A program made the translations under genes and the position numbers. The notes under the pieces were generated by a model. The model was not told the origin of the DNA, searched no databases, and worked only from the letters and a program-made list of their open reading frames with translations. Shown in pieces: positions 60,936 through 64,000 of a stretch of DNA of 64,000 nt. How positions within the stretch are numbered: position 1 is the first letter of the stretch; every line of letters starts with the position of its first letter. This DNA is from Balanoglossus misakiensis (Eukaryota; Animalia; Hemichordata), in contig CM082578.2 of assembly GCA_040954595.2 (NCBI GenBank), positions 4,322,831 through 4,386,830 of the forward strand, read 5' to 3'.

Positions 60936-62148
60936 ACTGTAACATGTGAGTTGGTCACCATAATATCAATGTACTAACCAAGTATTGCAACCGTCGTCGG
61001 CTGTGATAATGGATCCCGGTGAGTATTCCTTGTGCGACCAGCTGCAGGGGCATTGGTCGTTTGGTATGCAGGCTCCGTTGTGCAAGATCATGCCGTCGGG
61101 ACACTGGCAACCGTCCACACAGTTTTCATGGATGCACTGGTACACAGTGTTCCTGCAGGTGCGCGGGCAAGAGCTGCCGCATTGTTTGTAAACCATGTCA
61201 CCAGGACAGGAGATGGCTATACATTGATGGAACAAAGAAACGACGCATCATTCATGGGATTTCTTACAATTTCAACTCAGGGGCATTGAAGACAGGCAAC
61301 ATAGGCAGGCCGGGAATTTTTGTTCTCTTGATGCCATACATGGGCAAGTAGTAAGTAAGTCTGTCTAGTTGCGACATAAATTAGAACTTAGCACTTTGTC
61401 CTAGAAGCGGAAAATTGACGCTGTAACTGAATATGAACCAATGGGGAATGTAGGATATATGTCATTTTATGCATCGTTCTCTGTAGGTCATTGGTGTGCC
61501 GCGTTTTCTTTGCATTTGCTTAGAAATACTATTCGTGTCAGATGGTAAGTCACCTTCTGCGACTTTACAGTTGAAGATGTCGACTGAAAAAAAAACAAGA
61601 CTTACGACACCGATTTGCATTCCTCCATTCAATGTTTTCAACACCACGGCGGACACACTCTCTGGCATATGCTTCGTAACTTTGGCATTCGTCAACTCCA
61701 CTGCAAACATCTTCCCTGCAACCTTTGTAAAATGGTTCAGGGTCAATTATCTGTGAAAAGGGGAAAACAAAAATGATGTTTACTGACATATGCTATTTTT
61801 TTTATTCTGTGGAGACGAAATGTTTCCGACAAGAATAGTCCATGTGAAAGCTAGGAATCTTTTGTCGAAAAATCAGTTATTAATTAACACCCTCCCCTCT
61901 TTCCCTCTCTCCCCTTCTCTCTCCCTCCCTCCCTCCATCTCCCTCTCCTGATCTCTCTCGCTTGCTTGCCCTCTCCCCCCTCTCCCTCTCGTCCTCCACC
62001 CACGTAGGACACGGGTCGTTATTCACACTTACATCATGACAGGCACTGAAACTACTCTCTCTGATGCCGGCACACTTGACTGTTGCGATGTCCACTCGTT
62101 CGGAATAAAGGTAACAGTATGAATATTGATTGTCATCTGGGCATTGGT
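11994..62148 (-). CDS. Giant gel-forming mucin / VWF-hemolectin-SCO-spondin superfamily protein (5' end not seen), 47 in-frame exons
   Basis: Exons high to low: 62033-62148, 61606-61750, 60979-61216, 60623-60669, 60074-60263, 59027-59174, 58077-58199, 57600-57786, 56584-56757, 55795-56032, 54195-54385, 53141-53234, 52083-52512, 51088-51481, 50544-50802, 47500-49358, 45853-46191, 45347-45688, 30411-36917, 29802-30059, 29588-29623, 29308-29340, 28339-28562, 27900-28029, 26649-27149, 26238-26492, 25484-25729, 24363-24864, 24078-24229, 23682-23876, 22926-23143, 20187-20385, 19623-19922, 18757-18927, 18450-18484, 17915-18083, 17662-17775, 17193-17297, 16359-16466, 15667-15707, 15115-15175, 14537-14595, 14067-14207, 13645-13731, 13272-13412, 12721-12766, 11994-12334. 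GT-AG boundaries; the summed length keeps frame to the stop. Confidence 0.93.
12721..18484 (-). CDS. VWC / VWC-like Cys-rich exon array (12 small exons)
   Basis: For example [31 protein letters not shown]; VCxxxCP..CCxxxxC exons; PCRSCDC; ECCGTC. Confidence 0.88.
18757..23143 (-). CDS. D5 assembly: VWD (22926-23143, 20187-20385), C8 (19623-19922), TIL (18757-18927)
   Basis: [30 protein letters not shown]; TRGLCGPC; [17 protein letters not shown]; [24 protein letters not shown]. Confidence 0.9.
20459..22583. mobile_element. 2.1-kb non-autonomous TIR element (hAT- or Mutator-like)
   Basis: Left CTGGCGGTGTCTGCAACGCAAACGCCCTC, right GAGGGCGTTTGCGTTGCAGACACCGCCTG; flanks GATATTTACT / GATATTACT (target duplication with a 1-nt indel). 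Confidence 0.8.
23682..25729 (-). CDS. VWC plus D4 assembly: VWD (25484-25729, 24363-24864), divergent C8 (24078-24229), TIL (23682-23876)
   Basis: [26 protein letters not shown]; [21 protein letters not shown]; [17 protein letters not shown]. Confidence 0.9.
24923..25151. mobile_element. Degenerate MITE (PIF/Harbinger-like)
   Basis: Left GGGACTGGTCAGTTTATTCGGTCTGG versus right CCAGGCCGATGAAACTGACCAATATC; TTA flanks; G-rich interior. Confidence 0.55.
25855..26106. repeat. (CCAA)n(CATA)n microsatellite
   Basis: Directly visible. Confidence 0.95.
26238..26492 (-). CDS. Kringle domain exon 2 (phase 1-1)
   Basis: [79 protein letters not shown]. Confidence 0.96.
26649..28562 (-). CDS. Cys-rich/VWC-like exons and LDL-receptor class A domain (28339-28562, 27900-28029, 26649-27149)
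   Basis: [15 protein letters not shown]; [14 protein letters not shown]; [31 protein letters not shown] (LDLa pattern). Confidence 0.88.
27362..27722. mobile_element. Fold-back MITE with TTAA target duplication (Kolobok-like)
   Basis: TTAA|AGGGAGAAAGTCTC ... GAGACTTTGTCCCT|TTAA; arms complementary up to a central CTCGCCAAAATGAATAA..TTATTCATTTTGGCGAG. Confidence 0.85.
29308..29623 (-). CDS. Two phase 1-1 micro-exons (29588-29623 [12 protein letters not shown]; 29308-29340 [11 protein letters not shown])
   Basis: ttttcag|ACATTTC..ACAG|gtaaga and attcag|GTACTCC..ACAG|gtacat. Confidence 0.75.
29802..30059 (-). CDS. Kringle domain exon 1 (phase 1-1)
   Basis: [78 protein letters not shown]. Confidence 0.96.
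30411..36917 (-). CDS. 6,507-nt PTS2 mucin exon (TTKEPTT repeats) ending in a CysD domain
   Basis: Uninterrupted ORF; acceptor gaacag|TACCAAG, donor AAAG|gtaaga; C-terminal [45 protein letters not shown]. Confidence 0.95.
38502..39263. mobile_element. Probable MITE (PIF/Harbinger-like, related ends to 24923-25151)
   Basis: Left GGACCGTTCAGTTT versus right AAAATCTGAACTGTCC; repeated TGACCCCCC motifs near both ends. Confidence 0.5.
39951..41148. mobile_element. 1.2-kb non-autonomous element with about 105-bp TIRs and a perfect 9-bp target duplication (Mutator-like)
   Basis: CATGTTTGC|CAATCTGATTAAAATCAGATGTAGGGAACGGCGACTT ... AAGTCGCCGTTCCCTACATCTGATTTTAATCAGATTG|CATGTTTGC. Confidence 0.92.
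44648..44834 (-). CDS. Putative alternative exon of the mucin (phase 1 start, phase 2 donor)
   Basis: tcttag|CAACG..; [61 protein letters not shown]; donor AGC|gtatgc. The Thr linker resembles the neighbouring exons. Confidence 0.6.
45347..46191 (-). CDS. Two tandem near-identical CysD (Mucin2_WxxW-type) exons (45853-46191, 45347-45688)
   Basis: CS(D/G)[56 protein letters not shown](I/V)RFKC. Confidence 0.93.
47307..47475. mobile_element. Palindromic MITE with TA target duplication (Tc1/mariner-like), copy 1
   Basis: TA|CACCCTTTTCATAAGTCTAGTGCCC ... GGGCGCTAGACTTATGAAAACAGTG|TA; second copy at 50840. Confidence 0.8.
47500..49358 (-). CDS. PTS1 exon: 24-bp TTSIPTTE(G/V) repeat, RTKPPK motifs and CysD
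   Basis: Phase 2 acceptor ([14 protein letters not shown] completes the E3 module); about 44 repeats at 48123-49170; [29 protein letters not shown]. Confidence 0.95.
49990..50160. repeat. (CATA)n(CAGA)n microsatellite
   Basis: Directly visible. Confidence 0.93.
50544..54385 (-). CDS. D' and D3 assemblies (TIL', E', VWD3, C8-3, TIL3)
   Basis: [25 protein letters not shown]; [16 protein letters not shown]; [34 protein letters not shown]. Confidence 0.93.
50840..50991. mobile_element. Second, right-truncated copy of the 47307 MITE
   Basis: TA|CACCCTTTTCGTAAGTCAAGCGCCCTCAC..TTGACCAATCACATCAAGGG..GGGCGCTAGACTTATGA. Confidence 0.8.
53614..54098. repeat. Alternating (TATG)n/(TCTG)n microsatellite
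   Basis: Directly visible. Confidence 0.97.
54812..55430. mobile_element. 619-bp fold-back element, TTAA target duplication, near-perfect TIRs of more than 200 bp (Kolobok-like)
   Basis: TTAA|AGGGGAAATCCGCTGTAGCTG ... CAGCTACAGCGGATTTCCCCT|TTAA; mirror-image ORFs 54808- and 55126+ in the track. Confidence 0.93.
55795..62148 (-). CDS. C8-TIL-E of D1 and the complete D2 assembly
   Basis: [18 protein letters not shown]; [18 protein letters not shown]; [27 protein letters not shown]; [11 protein letters not shown]; [18 protein letters not shown]. Confidence 0.92.
57214..57511. mobile_element. Tourist/PIF-Harbinger-like MITE with TAA target duplication
   Basis: TAA|GCCCAAATAAAAAATATGTGCTGTTCC ... 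GGAACAGCACGTATTTTGTTTCTTTGGCC|TAA; internal repeated TAGGGTAGGT. Confidence 0.7.
59414..59921. mobile_element. Non-autonomous TTAA element (Kolobok-like)
   Basis: TTAA|AGGCACATGAGCTGCAA ... TTGCAACACATGTGCCT|TTAA. Confidence 0.75.
60840..60934. repeat. (CAC)(CGC)(CAT)n trinucleotide repeat
   Basis: Directly visible, intronic. Confidence 0.9.
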
Positions 62149-64000
62149 CTGAAGGATAGAATGTCGAAACGAATAGATTCAGATGAGAAACAACATTTAT
62201 AATAGCCGCAGGTGGTGTTGCACCCTACGCAAAGTAAACGTGGTTTAAAAAACATGTTTTGTCAGAAACCTAGAAATCAATTAAGATGTTACATTTGGAC
62301 AGGGTTCAGTTGTTCCCTGTTTTTACGGGCAAAGTTTACGTCGCTTTATTTTGATTTAATTTTCAAATCTTATTTTCCTTGAGAGCTTTCGCTTATTCCA
62401 CTGAAAATGGAATAAGTCGATGACATCATGTATGATACTTCAAAGAGTGTGAGATTAGAATGTTCATCACCAAGAGGTTCTTGTTTATCAGTACGCAAAA
62501 CAAAACAAAATATAACTATGAAAATTCGATTTTTTTCATATTAGTACCCATCTGGGCAAAGCTACATGTATACACCACACAAATTTGACTTTGTGGATAT
62601 TTAAACGCACTGAATAACGGGGAATAGCAGATACTTTGTCATCTCAGTATAATTGACAGCAGCCCAAAATAAATACAATGGCGACAGGGTCAGATTGGAA
62701 TATTGATTGGTTTTACACGGCCACACGAATTTCAAGAAAGGGATGAATCGAAGAAACTCCAAGAGAAATTTGTCACGATCTCCTACTCTGAAAAATCACA
62801 CTCATTGTCAATGATTTTAAAAGACCTTACCCTCAGTCATCAAAATGGCATCAAGCGCCCTCAATGGCAAGGGTTGCTAGACCAGGGAAGATTCCGCCCA
62901 CAGAAAGATATGATTAAAGTAGCAAAACTATCGAATCCGCACGCGCGAAAAAGACGTGAGCGCTGACTGGTTCGGTATAGCCCTTTGTAGCAACAACATC
63001 GTCATCTTTGCTGTCACTCTGACTAACCAGACTTTTATTTGCTTGAAATAAAATGTCTCAATGCGCATGTATCTAAAGTAGAAAAGACCACATCCAGATT
63101 CGGATAGGTAATAATAGCATTGGAAATTTGGTCCCAGATATTTTTTTTCAATTGTCCACTGCGAATAATATTGTATATAAACATAGAATATGATAATACT
63201 GTTCCGAAGTTTCTTTTAATTTGAAATTTCAATATTCAATATGACTAAGCGAGATTGAATATTTACTGTCCGCAGCATAACCCGTACTGCGCATAACCCG
63301 AAGAATCGGCGGTTTAACATAACTGTATGTGCAGTATTCATTTTTATTGCACAGTCGGCGATGACATTTGATGCGGCTATTGGATTTTACACTCGGCCAA
63401 TACATAGACCTATAGTATCCGCTGCAAGTCTCGTGGGTCACTTCGGTTAAATTTATGAGTGCGGCATAAATTCACAGACTGTAAAAAATAACCTTTTCTC
63501 ACATCTGTCTGTGTAAATATTTTATGTTGGCACCATTATGGTTCTTCAAGCGGAGAATATATCATACGCGGTTTTACAATTTGATTTAATACCATTTGGA
63601 AAGACATATTACTGCTCTGGTGAAGGCCACGAATAGCGATCACGGTCAGCGTGCACCTGTTCTCCTAATTTCTGGGCTTATTTGGGACTCGCTAGAGCGC
63701 AATACGCTCTCAACTACAGTTTGGCGTGTACCTCAATAGCAGCTATAGTTTTAATCCAACCGTCGTAGTCGGTGGTACTCAGTCATAAAGCAGTGTTCGA
63801 ACTTGAGAGTTGGCCAATCTGGTGGGTGGGTGGGTGGTTAATGGGTGTGTAGGCAACTATTCTCACCTACACTTAAAGTTATGGTTTTAATATTTGGGCC
63901 AAGGTTACCTGAAAAATGGTGTTGTTTGGGAAATATAGCCACCTGATTGCCACCTGCCACATTGCGCAACCGTTACATGCACATCACGTTAAGCGTACGG

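Noticed and set aside
11994-62148. Naming the gene VWF, SSPO, MUC2 or MUC5
   Set aside because: No VWA domains or furin site (not VWF), no TSP1 repeats (not SCO-spondin), no F5/8 domains (not hemolectin). Orthology needs a phylogeny.
62831-62876. Possible further mucin exon (minus-strand GTAAGG donor)
   Set aside because: Translation QPLPLRALDAILMTE has none of the expected VWD1 C-terminal motifs. The upstream exons are probably beyond the window.

Overview
Intron-rich, AT-rich animal genomic DNA, probably from a marine invertebrate (taxon is inference only), with two convergent protein-coding genes. (1) Plus strand, 228-8785: the last 8 coding exons of a DEG/ENaC-family sodium channel, ending in TM2 with a GIS selectivity filter. 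(2) Minus strand, from upstream of 62148 down to 11994: a giant gel-forming mucin/VWF/hemolectin-type gene. I assembled 47 phase-compatible exons by hand (16,889 nt, about 5,630 codons in-window; the 5' end was not found and probably lies beyond 64000). Domain order is [C8-TIL-E]1, D2, D', D3, PTS1-CysD, CysD, CysD, PTS2 (6.5-kb exon)-CysD, Kringle, Cys-rich/VWC, LDLa, Kringle, VWC, D4, D5, VWC array, CTCK. The most unusual points are the Kringle-LDLa-Kringle cassette inside a polymeric mucin and an extra exon (44648-44834) whose best donor is out of phase with the main frame, which may give a short or anchored isoform. Introns hold many non-autonomous DNA transposons, including a 3.3-kb TTAA element with inverted arrays of a palindromic 51-bp unit that superficially mimics CRISPR, plus long microsatellites. 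There is no evidence of a prokaryotic system. All coordinates were read by eye and no database searches were run.
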